From Heterodontus francisci (Eukaryota): 64,000 nt of DNA. Position numbers and translations under genes: made by a program. Below the pieces are notes generated by a model. The model saw only the letters and a program-made list of their open reading frames with translations. It searched no databases and was not told where the DNA came from. The stretch lies in contig NC_090397.1 of NCBI RefSeq assembly GCF_036365525.1, forward strand, positions 31,176,352 to 31,240,351. Direction: 5' to 3'. Positions 47,766-61,261 of this stretch are shown here, piece after piece; the first letter of the stretch is position 1; each line of letters opens with the position of its first letter.

Positions 47766-49377
47766 TCCTTCTCCAATGGAACAACAGCATTTATTTTCAT
47801 ATTTTCATTGGTGGTGAAGGGATAGCCTTCATCTTCTCTGTGTTTAACTTGTATATCCATTTTTGTTTTGTTACAGTAGTTTTTTTCTGTTATTAATGTT
47901 ACTTTTCTAATTCTCTGCTGTTTTCCTGGTTGCACGTTGTGGTGTGTTAGTTGGATGTTTGCTTGCTGCTATGGTAGCAGTTGGAGGAAGCGCTCTGTGT
48001 GGCACACTGGGTTTTAATGCTTTGTGTAGACTGTGTGTCTGCCAAGTGGGCTTAATGTCTCTTGTTGCAGTGGTTCCCAAATATGGTATCAAGTAGTGCC
48101 AGGAAAACAATCATATTTAACATTTATTGTCCAGTAGGCCCAGTTCCACGCTGTAAAGAGCATTTTCATCCCACCTGTCAAAAGCAGATTTGATGCCAAA
48201 TCCAGTCTCTAAAAATAAAAGGTTCTACTTGTACTGAGGGATCCAGTGTTGTAACTCAGAATGTAATTATTTCATGTAATTTCTGTATAATAGCAAAAAT
48301 AAAACCAATATCTGTAAAATACTATTTAGTGATTTATTTGTGATTCAGTTATAGATTTTTGCTATTCATCTGCTGAATGTTTCACTTGCAGGTTATCTTT
48401 TAAACGCAGTGTTCTTAAATGGAATAATTACTAATTTCAATTCATAATTAAATAATTTACTAGTTAACTTAATGAAATAACATTTAGATTATTATTTATG
48501 ATGCTGGACTCAAATGTTTTATAAGATTAACAGATTTTAAAAATTAACTGGATATCAAAAGTGCATATACTCCATGTATATCACCACAGAAGCAGGAATC
48601 TAATATCTTCTGTTATTCAGCAGCATGAGTCACTAAAGACAATGAATCATATTTACATGAATGCACTTTTTTCAATTTTTATCTTCAAGTTTGATTTTTA
48701 ACCCGCAGACCTTTGGTGGATCCATGGAAATTGGAGCCTCCCTGCACTGACTATAACTTCCCTTTTTCAGCTCATGGACTTAACACTGAATAAAACACTC
48801 ATATTCCAGTAAAACACAATGACATCAAGGGCCATGCATTTCTAAGGGGAAAACAGAAATAACAATGTCAACTTCTAGGCAACCACAGTAAAGTTAGGCC
48901 AACAATAGCAAGACAGGAGGTCAGCTTCGCACAACCAGAATCAGATTCAGTCACTGAACACCACAGCATGAAGCTGCTGGAGGACCTTTAAGTCCTGCAA
49001 TAGTACCTAAGCCTCTTCCTCTAAATGGGCATGTGCCCAATCACAAGCGCAATATGTGCCCAGTGCATGCTCACATCCATATCTTACCAAATAGCCTGGA
49101 TGAAAAATTCGGATCGGTAGCGCTGCTGGAGGTGGTGCTACTGAAGCTGAACGTCCTCCAGGGGGTGTGCACTCCACCGCCAGCTGCTTCTGGCATGGCC
49201 CGCATGGCGCACAATCTTGGGAAAGGTGCTCATGTGGATGTACCCTGCAACTGAATGCATCCTATCATGACATCACAAAGCCCAACTGGCAGATGCGATG
49301 CTCATTTACCAAATTTGGACCAGGCAGGTCCATTCAACAAATTCACATATTGTTCAAAGAAGTTTTTTTTAAAAATT

Positions 49378-51000
49378 TGTTTCATGGGATGTGGGCATCA
49401 CTGGCAAGGTCAGCATTTCAGCATTTATTGCCCATCCCTAATTGCCCTTGAGAAGGTGGTGGTGAGCTGTCTTCTTGAAACTCTGCAGTCCATGTGGTGT
49501 TGATACACCCACATTGCTGTGAGGAAGGGAGTTCCAGGATTTTCATCCAGCGACAGTGAAGGAACAGCGATATATTTCCAAGTCAGGATGGTGTGTGGCT
49601 TGGAGGGGAACTGGTGTTCCCTCACATCTGCTGCTCTTGTCTTTCTAGGTAGAAGAGGTGGCGGGTTTGGAAGGTGCTGTCAAAGGAGGTGTGGTGAGTT
49701 GCTGCAGTGCATCTTGTAGATGGTACACACTGCTGCCATTGTGCGTCAATGGTAGAGGGAGTGAATGTTGAAGGTGGTGGATGGGGTGCCAATAAAGGGG
49801 GCTGCTTTGTCCTGGATTGTGTCAAGCTTCTTGAGTGTTGTTGGAGCTGCACCCATCCAGGCAAGTGGAGAATATTCTATCACATTCCTGACTAGTGCCT
49901 TGTACATGGTGGACAGGCTTTGGGGAGTCAGGAGGTGAGTTACTTGCTGCCTGTGACCTGCTCTTGTAGCCACAGTATTTATGTGGCTTCTCCAGTTCAG
50001 TTTCTGGCCAATGGTAACCCCCAGGCTGTTGATAGTGGGGAATTTAGTGATGGTAATGCTGTTCAACGTCAAGGGGGAATGGTTAGACTCTCGCGTGTTT
50101 GAGATGGTCACTGCCTGGCACTTGTGTGTTGTGAATGTTGCTTGCCACTTATCAGCCCAAGCCTGGATATTGTCCAAGTCTTGCTGCATATGGACATGGA
50201 CTGCTTCAGTACCTGTGGAGTTGTGAATCATGCTGAACATCATGCAATCATCAATGAACATCCCCACTTCTGAGTTTATGGTGGAGGGAACGTCATTGAT
50301 GAAACAGCTGAAGATGGTTGGGCCTAGGACACTACTCTGAGGAACACCTGCAGCAATGTCCTGGGGCTGAGATGATTGGCCTCCAACAACCACAACCATC
50401 TTTCTTTGTGCTAGGTATGACTCCAACCAGTGGAGAGTTTTCCCCCTGATTCCCATTGACTTAAATTTTGCTAGGACTCCTCGATGCCACACTCGGTCAA
50501 ATGCTACCTTGATATCAAGGCAATCACTCTCACCACACCACTGTACTTCAGCTCTTTTGTTTTTGTTTGGACCAAGGCTGTAATGTGGTCAGGAGTTGAG
50601 TAGCCCTGGCGGAACCCAAAATGAGCACCAGTGAGTAGCTAGTTGTTGTTTAAGTGGTGTTTGATAGCACTGTCGACGACCCCTTCCATCCCTTTGCTAA
50701 TGATCGAGAACAGACTGATGGGGCTGTGATTGGCTGGATTGGATTTGTTCTACTTTTTGTGGACAGGCCATAACTGGGCAATTTTCCACATTGCCGGGTA
50801 GATGCCAGTGTTGTAGTTGTACTGGAACAGGGACATGGCTAGTTCTGCAGCACAGGTCTTCAGTGCTACAGCCGGCATATTGTCAAGACCTATAGCCTTT
50901 GCAGTATCCAGTGCCTTCAGCCATTTCTTGATATCACGTGGAGTGAATCGACTTGACTGAAGACTGGCATCTGTGATGCTGGGGACCTCAGGAGGAGGCT
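49378..51000 (-). mobile_element. 5'-truncated CR1/L2-group LINE (RT and 3' tail), inferred to be the same family as the tRNA-headed element
   Basis: ORF 49746-50492 GVPQSSVLGP..MFIDD..LQQDLDNIQAWADKW-like, with upstream LDIKVAFDRVWH and YRPISL-like motifs; tail GATGCCCACATCCCATGAA. Confidence 0.9.
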
Positions 51001-51179
51001 GATCAAGCGTTCAACAGCAAGAGGGGTCCTGCACTAGCATTACTTAAAAGGCCAGGCACCCAACTTGCAGATAAGGTGATTTTGAAGAACTTCTACTATT
51101 GCTAAGTGCCTGGAAGTACTCTGAAATGTTTTTAGAGGTGTTGTAGTGAGTTCCTGGATTTAGCAGGATGTGTTGCTGC

Positions 51180-52579
51180 ATCCTCACAGGGTGGGCAGAG
51201 GAGTAGGTGACCTGTTCATACCAAGTCGGCAACTGTTATGTAGGCAGCAGTGGCAGTGTCTCTGGGTCTGCATTATGACAAGGAGGTGGAGCAGATGCTG
51301 TGGAAAGGGAAAGCTCTGTGCGATGCCCTTTGCTAACTTGGAGCTGGACTCTTCCATACTCATTGACAGTGACAGGAGACTGTCAAACAGCCCAGCCAAT
51401 GCAGCCAGCATCTCAGTGTGTATGCCTATAAGTGCTCTCCTGTATGCCTCCCCATCATGGTCCTTATCTGACTTTTCAGTAGCAGAATGCATCTACAACC
51501 TCAATCTCCAGTGAGCTGGCACATGAACCATCCATCACCCCTGGCATGGCTCCAGCCCATTTGTATCTGGTGACTCACCACATGCTGATCTCAACTCTAT
51601 GCTAGCTATTAAGATACGTGCAGTGCCAGTATCTGAGCTTATGGCTGCGAATATCAGATCAAGTGACGAGGCCTCTTCACCACTGCTGTGCTGTGCTCTC
51701 TCCTGCTGAGTTGCTGTTACAGGGCAGGCAGCAGCTCTTGGGTGTCTGACAGCAGAAACTCAGAAGGAGAAGGTTGGGGTGATTGGTGGGATTGAAGTGC
51801 TGGAAAGCAAAAGGTTCATGGTGACACCATCTGCAACTTTCTCATCATGCCAGATAGCAGACTGAGAGTGAGCTGGGAGTTGAGAAGGGGCATAAGGCAG
51901 GCACGTACCATCAACCTTGATGTTCTCAATGATGCCAGATGCCAGGGGCTCTGTCACAGCCGGCCCCATGATGTGGAGAACCATCTCCTTCACAGGGCTC
52001 AGGAGATGCAGGCATCCTTGTTGCCTGTCAGCTCTGCTCTGCTCCCTTCTATTGCGTGCTAGCTTATCCTGCAAGGGAGAGGGCAGAATGTCAATGGTTG
52101 TATTTCACTGTGGTTGGATGATGTGGCTGCCATAGCTGAATAGCTGGAGGTATTTGGAAGCAGCAAGAGGTGGATGTGAGGCTGGCAGCACTGAGAGGCA
52201 TATGAGGGTGAGGTAGAATATGTGACTGTTAGGTCTGAGTCCTGAGGGCCAGGCCTGCTGCTGGGTGAGTGATTGAGTTGTCGGGCATCGAGCACCGTGA
52301 GAGGTTGGTGGAGCAGTGGGTAGGAGATGCCTTCATTGACCTTAACCGCCTGTTTGCAGTCATTAGACTTCTTGTGGCTTTGCTGCCAGGTCCTTGGGTC
52401 CAGACACCAGGAACTGACCTCCTTGGCCACTTGCTCCCAATCCCTTCTGAGGGTTGGTCTTGAGGGCCTCCTGGCCCCCTGCAGAACCATTGCTTCTCTC
52501 CTCCTGTCCACCTTCACTATTAAGGCCTTCAGTACCATATTCATAGCCTTGGAGCCCCCTCTCTGCCCTGGTGTTCCAT
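51180..52579 (-). pseudogene. Harbinger Myb/SANT-like DNA-binding protein gene relic (about 3 exons)
   Basis: LKALIVKVDRRREAM..W EQVAKEVS..RTWQQSHKKSND. Putative exons 52579-52341, 52068-51909 and from 51745, with GT/AG boundaries. Confidence 0.7.
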
Positions 52580-53417
52580 TTTTCTTGTTTAGAATTGCAG
52601 CAATAATATTCAGCAGCAGCTTCCTGTCATACAGTGCAGCTTCCCTTTAGGAGTGACAGACTGCCTTTTAGAACAGAGGGCTGGCTGCACCACCTGCTAT
52701 CAGCCAGTGCTGGTTGGCTCCATGCTGAGTGAAGAGACAGCCCGCAGTTCAGCAGACCCTTGGCCCTATCCTACGATCGGTTAAATGAGGTGGCAGCATC
52801 AAATTTGTGTGCTGCCTGCCTCCACCAGAACCGGCGTGTGCCAGTGGCAAATCGTGACCCCTGTGCCCGAATAATGATGCAAGCCAATTTTTAGCCCCTG
52901 TGTCTATGGGAATTTTCTTTCTGCAAGATTTTATTTCTGTTGTCATGCCTTTTCGTCAGTTTTTTCATTGACACCTGCCTATTATCTACATCTAAAATGG
53001 ACATGCCCAACATCAACTGATTCCTGTCACTATGGAATTACAGTCTCTGGCCATTACGTGTAATAGTGACAGGAGACAGTTGATGGAGGATTTTTCCATA
53101 TTCCGTGTGGACATAGGAATTTAGAATGGGAGAAGTTTCTTAAATGATTCCAGCCTTGTGGATATTCCCTGCATGAATATCTCATGTTTCTTGGTGACCA
53201 GAACTGGATGAAGCATTCAAGATGTGAGCCTTTGGCTTAATGGTAGCATTCCTGCCTCTGAGTCAGAGGTAATAATGATCAAACTGTATCAATGCTTTGG
53301 ATGATAGTTTTAGTGATGGTGTCTTTCTTTGGCCTAATTTTGGTTCATTTATATATTTTAGTTTTGCAGGGTGATTTACAGTCTGACAGGCCATGGCGAT
53401 CTTTCCATCCCAGTAAC

Positions 53418-53675
53418 TGTTGTATTATCTGGAGCTTTAGACTAATATAAACACAGTCGAAAGGCTGGCATAGAGATTGAATACAGAGCTTTATTTGGAG
53501 GCTTCTTCTTGCTCATGCTTACACATTTTACTGACTGAGCAATACGGCTGCAACATGTGATATTACATCACTTCCTGTGATGACATATATATTTGCATAA
53601 ACATATATTCAAATGTTTATACTTATTCTATCAAACATAGTATCTTAACATACTAACTAATGCACTATCACAGCA
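53418..53675 (-). mobile_element. Small solo LTR (258 bp)
   Basis: TGTTGTATTA...TATCACAGCA with a perfect 5-bp TSD GTAAC (53413-53417, 53676-53680); TTTATT (AATAAA on minus) at ~53490. Confidence 0.7.
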
Positions 53676-56600
53676 GTAACCATCTTCATATTAGCTGATA
53701 GAGTGGTTATTGCTATTGGCCGGAGGATTTAATGGGCTCCCACAACCCATATGTTAAATAGGGACACCCAAACCCTCCGGATGCAAATATCCCATTGGAT
53801 GTCAACACAGAATTCGGAGCTGAAGCTCCAGTTTCCAGCAGAATGGGATAGGAACACTGCACCTACTGACGCAGAAATGGGAATGCTACCACTAAGCCAA
53901 AGATTCATGGTGTTCCAGCACTGGCTACACTTCAAAAGTACTTCTTTGGCTGTGAAAAACTTCGGAATGTCCCGAGGATGTGAAAGGTGTTAATTAAATG
54001 CAAGTTCTTTCTACTTTCTTCAATGATTTAGAATACAAAGGAGGTGCTCCTTAGAAAGTGATAAAAACTCAATGGTTATTGCTGAAACGGATTATAATTT
54101 TGTATCTTAAGACAGTACCCCTGAATGTAAATAACCGCTGGGATACTGATCCAATTTAAGGCATTATGGTAGGACTTTAGCAACTTGAATAGGAAGAAAA
54201 TGAAACAAACTACTCATGGTTAAATAGCTTCTCTCATTCACAAAAAAATTGCAGGCTCACTGTCAGAGCGACTTTGCACAGATTGTTGAGGCAGAACACT
54301 TTTTCTGTTGAGCTAAAATGAGAAGTCATGACTCCTTTTTTAACTGTGCATTACATATATTTTCCTTTTACTTTTTCCACACATTGTGTTATGATGCTAG
54401 ATTACAAAAAAGTAGAATGCATTTTTATGAAGTGGATAAAGTACTTATTTGCACATGTTTAAATACTTCCCCTTGTCACATAGCTTTTCATGATGGAAAA
54501 CGTTCCCTTTTTAAACTTCATGGTACAGAAGAAAAGAGCTGCCTAATTCCAACAGTCGGTAGGATCTTCGAGATAACGTTTAATTTATCCATAATCAGTT
54601 GCTGAATAAAGGAAACATCTGTTCTTGTGTTCTCTGATTGAGAGCCTGAAAGGAAAAAAAGCTTCTCATGTGTAAATGAATAACTGCAGCCGTGAACTAC
54701 CAGCTGCTCCTGGAATCTGTCTTCTGGGCTCTCTAAAACTGGCTGTGGTTATATATTGCTTAATTTTACTGCAACATTGAAACACAAAGGGGCAGCCTCA
54801 GCATTTTAAACTACTGTGGATCAATTTAAGTGATACTTAGGCTGGTCTATAGCTGACCCATCCAGGGAAAATGATTTGCCATCTAACTTACATTGCAAGC
54901 ATTAGCATCGATAGAGCTCCACTGTGGAGTTTCAAAGGCATTCTATGGGTATCTGTTCATAGTTAGTGAGCACTGATGAATGGCAGTGCATTCACAACAC
55001 AACCATATGTGAGCCCTACACATGTACAGGTAGTTTCCTCTGGGTAAGAGCTAAATTTGCAAAAACTGATTAACAGGTCCCCAGTGTAGCACTTGGGCAT
55101 GCTGTGATGAATACCAATTTAATACTGTGCAGAGTTGTAGTTTCTCATTTCCTTCCTATATGTATTTAAAGTCTCTTTTATAATGGCTACATTCCTTAAC
55201 ACTATGGCAGTTTTACTATCCATACATTTACAGGCAGCTTATTTATGTTAGCAGTTGAATTGATTTTAGTGTTCCTTGCTTTGTTCTATGTTCTTCTTTT
55301 CTGTAATACTAATGTCTGCTGATTGTAAGAGCTGCTTTGAAAACTAATCACATCTGAATATTTATTACATCATATTTACCGTGTGTTGCTTTTCGTAGCA
55401 GTGCAAGACATATTTCTGCAAGTGTTAAAAAATTTAATTATGAAACTCTTTAAGTTTAAGTGTTTGTTTATTCATTCCCTTCGGTTAGGGAGAGGGAGGG
55501 TGGGTTATGGTAAAGCTTAGACTTTTGGTCAACCGCAGGACAAAATCAAGTAAGTAACCAAATACTACTAAGTAGTATTGATGTTTGTCAGCAGTGCTTC
55601 TCTGTGCATTTTTGCAATTGGAGTTCATTGATATTAAATTCCTGCGGCCTGGTTTTACACTTAGATTGTACAGTGCACTTTCCCCACCACTGCAGTCGTG
55701 TGTGTGGTCTCCAGTTCAACTCACAAGAAAACACAAAGGACACAGCATACTGGGACACAGAAAGATTGTTTTGTAGCTCATGAATGTACTTGAAGTAACG
55801 TAGTTTAACACTTGTCTTTGCAGAACATCCTTCTGCATCATTGCTTTTAATGTGTGGGGGAGGAAAAGTCCTATTGATGAAATGGTAACTAAATAAAAGT
55901 GATTCTGCTTTCTGAGATGCATATATCTTTTGTCAGAAATTGAAATTACTTTTCTTGGGTGATGGTCAGAATTAGAAGAAAAATTTAATAGAGCAGAACT
56001 TTGCAAAGTGGACCAGAGCAGTGTCACAATCTGTACTTCATATGGTTGATCACATTTCCCGAAATTACAACAGTGACTACATTTCAAAAGAACTTTGTTA
56101 GCTGTAAAGTGCTTTGGGGCATCATGATGTCATGGAAGATGCCATATAAATGCAAGTGTCCCTTTTCTTTTAAATATGTCTTCATTAATCTGTGTGTCTA
56201 CAATATAAAATATGCCACTGAGTTGGTAACTCACTTTCTGAATCTCCTTTACAGCTAAAATATGTCTGATCAACTGCACTACAATATTGTAAATAATGAA
56301 GCAAGAGTCTGTACCACTAATTTGTAATTGTATGGGTACTAAAACTGTCATGGGGTTAAAGAAAGTAATCATATTAAAATAAACTTTAAAGACTGTAAAA
56401 AAAGAAAATGAGAAAGTTCGACTCTGGTTCAGGAGAATGTCCCTTCACAGGTGTTCTATTTTCTGTTGCAGAATTCCAATGCAATTATTAACTCAAATCT
56501 CAACAAAAAAATAAATAAATTCAATGAAGAGATGTTTTTGGTGATCTCCTCATGCATATTTTCCAACTTGTGTAATTAATCAGGTTAGACTAATCTTTTC

Positions 56601-56769
56601 ACATCTGTTCCCTCACTTCTAGCCCAGCTCCTTCAATACCATCAGCTGACTGCTGATCCCTCACATCTAAACTCTTTGTTGTCATCCTCAGATTGATGAG
56701 CCTTTTTATCCAGCTGTGGCTCTGCACTACTGTCCTCAACTCTGACAACCTGTGCCATAAATATAAGGC

Positions 56770-57750
56770 AGTCACTAATAAAGCCAATGAGGAATTCATC
56801 CTTTACTTAGAGACTGGTGAGAATGTGGAACTTGCTACCACATGGTATGGTTGAGGCAAACAGCATTGATGCATTTAAAGAGCTAAGTACATGAGGCAGA
56901 TGAAATAGAAGGCTATGCTGATAGGGTAGGATGAAGTAAGGTGGGAAGAAGCTCGTGTCGAACATAAAGACCAGCAAAGGCCTATTGGTCTGAATAGCCT
57001 GTTTCTGTGTAGTAAAATTCTAAGTAAGTCTATGACACCCTCCCTGAGACAAGTGATATTCTTCCTTGGGCCATAGCAATCACATTGTTATTTTCTTCTA
57101 TTAAAAATGCTTTTAGAAAGTTTCCCGAAATGCATTTTGTGGTTTTATAAATAGGAACATAAAAATACTAGAGTAAAGAAGTAATATTGAATTTGTACAA
57201 AACATTGGTTAGGCTACAGTTAAAGTACTGTGTGCATTTTTGGGCATCTCATTATAGAAAGAACATTAAAGCCATCGAGAGTGCTGAGCATAGATTTATC
57301 AGGATGATGCCATGGTTGAAAAACTATAGTTATGAGGAGATACTTAAGATTCTTGTACCATTTCCATGAGAGCAGCAAATTCTAAGAGGGGATTTAATAA
57401 AGATTTTTAGATTTATGAAGGGCTTTGATAGAGTGAATAGAAAAAGACAATTTCCTCTGTTTGAGGGTTGGATGTTGAGAAGTTGGGGAGGGGGGTGCGG
57501 GCGATGGTGTGGAAATCAATTAAAAAATATCACTAAAAGAGTGGGAAAGAGGTTGCGAGAAATTTCTTTACACAGAGTTGTTGGAATACGGAATGCCTTG
57601 CTCAAACAAATGATTGAATCAAAGACTATTGCTTCTTAACATAGAAAATTAGATCAATATTTGAAGCAAAGTAAAATACAAGGGTTGTTGTGGAAAAGAG
57701 CTGACACAAACAATAGACTTAATGCTTTTCTTTGCACTGTAAACATCTAT
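56770..57750 (+). mobile_element. Two old CR1 3' fragments
   Basis: 56770-57035 3' end and tail; 57130-57750 LYKTLVRLQLKYCVHFW..KGFDRV. Confidence 0.7.
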
Positions 57751-60700
57751 GGTTCACGTACACATCGAATAATTAAGAAACCTGAAAATTTTGAATTTGA
57801 AGATCCCAGGAGTACTCCTGTTTTAAATTCTAAATACCAATTGTGGTAACAAGGATAATCAAACCAAAATGATTATTCACTTGGAGTTATTTTCAAACCT
57901 TTCCAGGTTCCGTACGACCCCCAGCTCCCCCAAAACTGCACCCGTACGAACTCCATGACCTCGACCAATATTGTTCTGTAACTCTCTTCACTTTACAGAA
58001 ACGAAAGGTCTGTGATTAAGAATTTCGGTGACACTAGAAGTAAGATTTGGGTCAGAGGTGGACAATGTCAGGTGGGTGATGGATAGAACCTTGAGTTCAG
58101 CTCTGGGTTGAATAGAATAGCAAGGTTGTGTTCAGCCTGGTTCAGTTCGAGTAAGCAGGGAGGCAGATGGGGTTGATGGCAAAAGTGCTGACTTTTTGGT
58201 GGAGCCTTAAAACAATCACTTTGGTCTTCCTGATATTCAGTTTTAGGAAATTCTAGCTGGTCCACAACTTATGACCACTGGTGTGGGCAAAAGGGGATCC
58301 CCGGCTACGACAGCACGGGTGGAAGGAGTCCCAGGCTATGGCCATACGAATGAGTTGGATCCCAGGATCTGGCAGAATTGGAACGGAGACATATGGGTTG
58401 GCAGTATGGGGAAAGAGGCATCACTGGACCTGGGGCACTGGGAAAATTCTGGGATATATCAGTACTAGGGGAAGTGACCGCTAGGACCAACAGAGCTTGG
58501 AAGGGGTATGACAGACTTAAAATCAGTATGCACCACCGACTTGTAGACCCACCACTGAACCATTGCAGCTATTTTTCTTCTCCAATCTATCCTCTGTTTT
58601 GCAGGGCCGGTTGCTGGCTTAAAGCTAATTTCCAGTGCTAGATATGTTTATGCTTTGCTAACAGGAACAGGTTAGAGGTGGGAATACAGGTCAGGGGATG
58701 ACGGGGTGGGTGAAGAACCCACTGGGGTTACGGCGAGCCAGGACAGCTCAATGTGGGTTGGGAATGGAGCGCTGTGGCCTGGGTATAGTGCTTGATAATT
58801 TGGGCTAGGCCACAAACTGTGTTCTGGGACCATGACAAAGGTTAGGCCTCAAGGGATGAAACTTAATTGACGCATTTCCAAGGGAAGTCAGGTGCTTTTA
58901 AATAAAAGTTAACTTTTCTTTGCACATTAATCATGTTATAAATTGTAGAGTCAAAAGTTTTTAGAATCCGAGTATTCCCACACTAATTCCACAACCTGAG
59001 CCTAGGATGAGGTCAGCATATCTACACCAGTCAGTAAGCCCAGTTGGGAAAGACTTTCAAAATTCAATTTATTTGTTATTTTTATTTGGAAAAGGAAAAA
59101 GAAAACTCCAATTATTTGACATAAGGAACAACACTTTTTCTTTTTTCTGAGCTTAGCATTGTCTCTGAAGTAAAAGTTAAGATTTAGTATAAATCTGAAA
59201 TGTTGCCTGAAGATTCTGAGCTTGTTTCTGTCACACTGTGTATGGCTAGTCTTGCTGACGATCATGAACATTTCCAAAAGCTTCCTCAGTTAAACATCAT
59301 TTACCTAGAATAAAAAAGCCTAAAGTTAATGGTTTCTTGGTGTTATCAAACTTTTATGCAAACAAATCAATGAGAACTTGTTTCCCCCTATAACGCATTT
59401 GGCCCCTGAAAATCTCTGGGGTGCCACTTCCCAGTGTAAATGCCAAAATGCATCACGGCTTTAGTCCCACTCTTCCACCTCAGTTGCCTTGTAAGGGGCA
59501 AATGGAGGGTGACGCAGCCAGAATTTGTGGGGGAAGTGGGAGGGGACCAGGAGAGGCAGTGGTGTGGTGGCACATATCTGCAGGTGGGCCAGGAGAAGCA
59601 GGTTTTCAGTTTTGAGGGGGGGGGCCACATATCTGTAGCACCCTTCTCCTGCCTTCCAAAGAAACTGGAAATACTAGAAATAGCTGGACAGCCCACGGGA
59701 GGGAGTGTCGCCCTCCCTCTCCCCCCCCACTGCCAATAAAACAATCTTGGTGTTCCCGTGTCCCCCCTGTCTTGTGGTCTATGCTGATTGAATGTTGGAT
59801 CCTGACTAAAGACCCAGGAGCAAAAGCTCCTGACTTAGGAGCACCCCACCACCCAGCAGCCCTGCCCCCTTATGTTGATGGGTTCGTGGGAGTGGATGGA
59901 AGTTCCGCTCTAAAAAGACCATCCTGGAAAGATGGCTGCGAGGCTGGGACCTGGCCAAATTTGTGGCCATTTTAGTTTGACTTCTGCTAGATTTACAGCA
60001 GAAGTCTACTAGAACCATTGCAGATTTTCAGGGCCTTGATCTCCTGAGACTCATTTTACAAATCTGAATGCAGCTACCTGATTTTCCACATTAACATCTG
60101 CTACATCCATTGTTGTATTTGACCAATTAATCTATAGATGATCAGCACCTAGATTTCCATCTTTGAGAAAATGTACACCGTTTAAAGGATCAAACTTATA
60201 TCCCAGATTAATAAAACCCCTGTGATTAGATAGATTAGCACCATTCAGTCGCTTTTTCCTTCATTGCTTTGCATGGGCAGTTTTAATCTGCATGGAAAAA
60301 GTGTCTATTGTGGCACTGTGGAGTTTCATTCACCTGCACCCTATGAATGGACTGTGTGGGGTAGACACGTGACTTGGTGTCGGATATCTTAGTTTGAGAT
60401 TCCATTCAGTGCCACATCTTCATGCTCTGCCTTCTCCTGCCACTCCATGCACAGCGCTTGTGAAAACATGCTAATTGTATTTTCTTCAAGGTTTTACAGC
60501 ATTACCATAAATATTAGTGGCATGCTTTTAATGTTGAGTTTATTTTCCAGTACCTGGCAGTGAATTTCTTGTGTTAATTTGTTCTTTCCATTGAACTGTC
60601 AGTTAGCAATCAATTATTCTTCCCTGTCATTCACACAGCAGCTGTCTGCAGGAAGCCAGTGCCTCGCTGGGCTTCAGCCATCAGCTTATTCCAGCTGTCC

Positions 60701-61261
60701 TGCGCTTTTTTTAAAATCATAATATGCCTGGCACTGTACAAGTTCCCCTTAGTGCTTAATGGGGTCTTGTTAGATTTTCTTTCCCTCTTTCATTGTTATA
60801 GCTCATGCCACTGTGTGCTTACATGAACCAATCCAGAAACTTCTAATGTCTGCAGCTATTGCATTCTCAATCAGCGAGTTTGCTGCCCAAGAATGTTGTG
60901 TGAGGAAGTATTCATTTAATAAGATGTCTGCTGGTTGCAAAATTTTCTCACGGGTCAAAGTTCAATCACAAAATGAGTTGAAATACATGGATCTGCATCC
61001 ATTATACTACCTCTAAGCCACTGGGGAGAAGGTTGGTACTAGTTACGCTCCAAATGGCTATCAATCCAATGCTGCTGCAAACAATTCCATGCATTTCCTC
61101 CTTAAAAGTAATGGATTATAGTGACCACAACACATGCTCACTGTTCAGACTTCAATTTGCATATCAACATTTTCGATTTGTAAAATAGGGTCAAACGCTC
61201 CATTTTCTCCATTTTGCATTGATTGAGAGCATTTATTTTAATAAGCAGGCATAGCAGGGGA

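Larger units (their letters stand above)
49098..52898. mobile_element. Harbinger derivative retaining only the Myb/SANT-like gene
   Basis: Imperfect TIRs GGATGAAAAATTCGG / CCAATTTTTAGCCC; spliced Myb-like ORF on minus; no transposase seen. Confidence 0.6.

Noticed and set aside
58270-59960. GC-richer segments with short ORFs
   Set aside because: No recognisable protein motifs or termini; probably decayed repeats that I cannot classify
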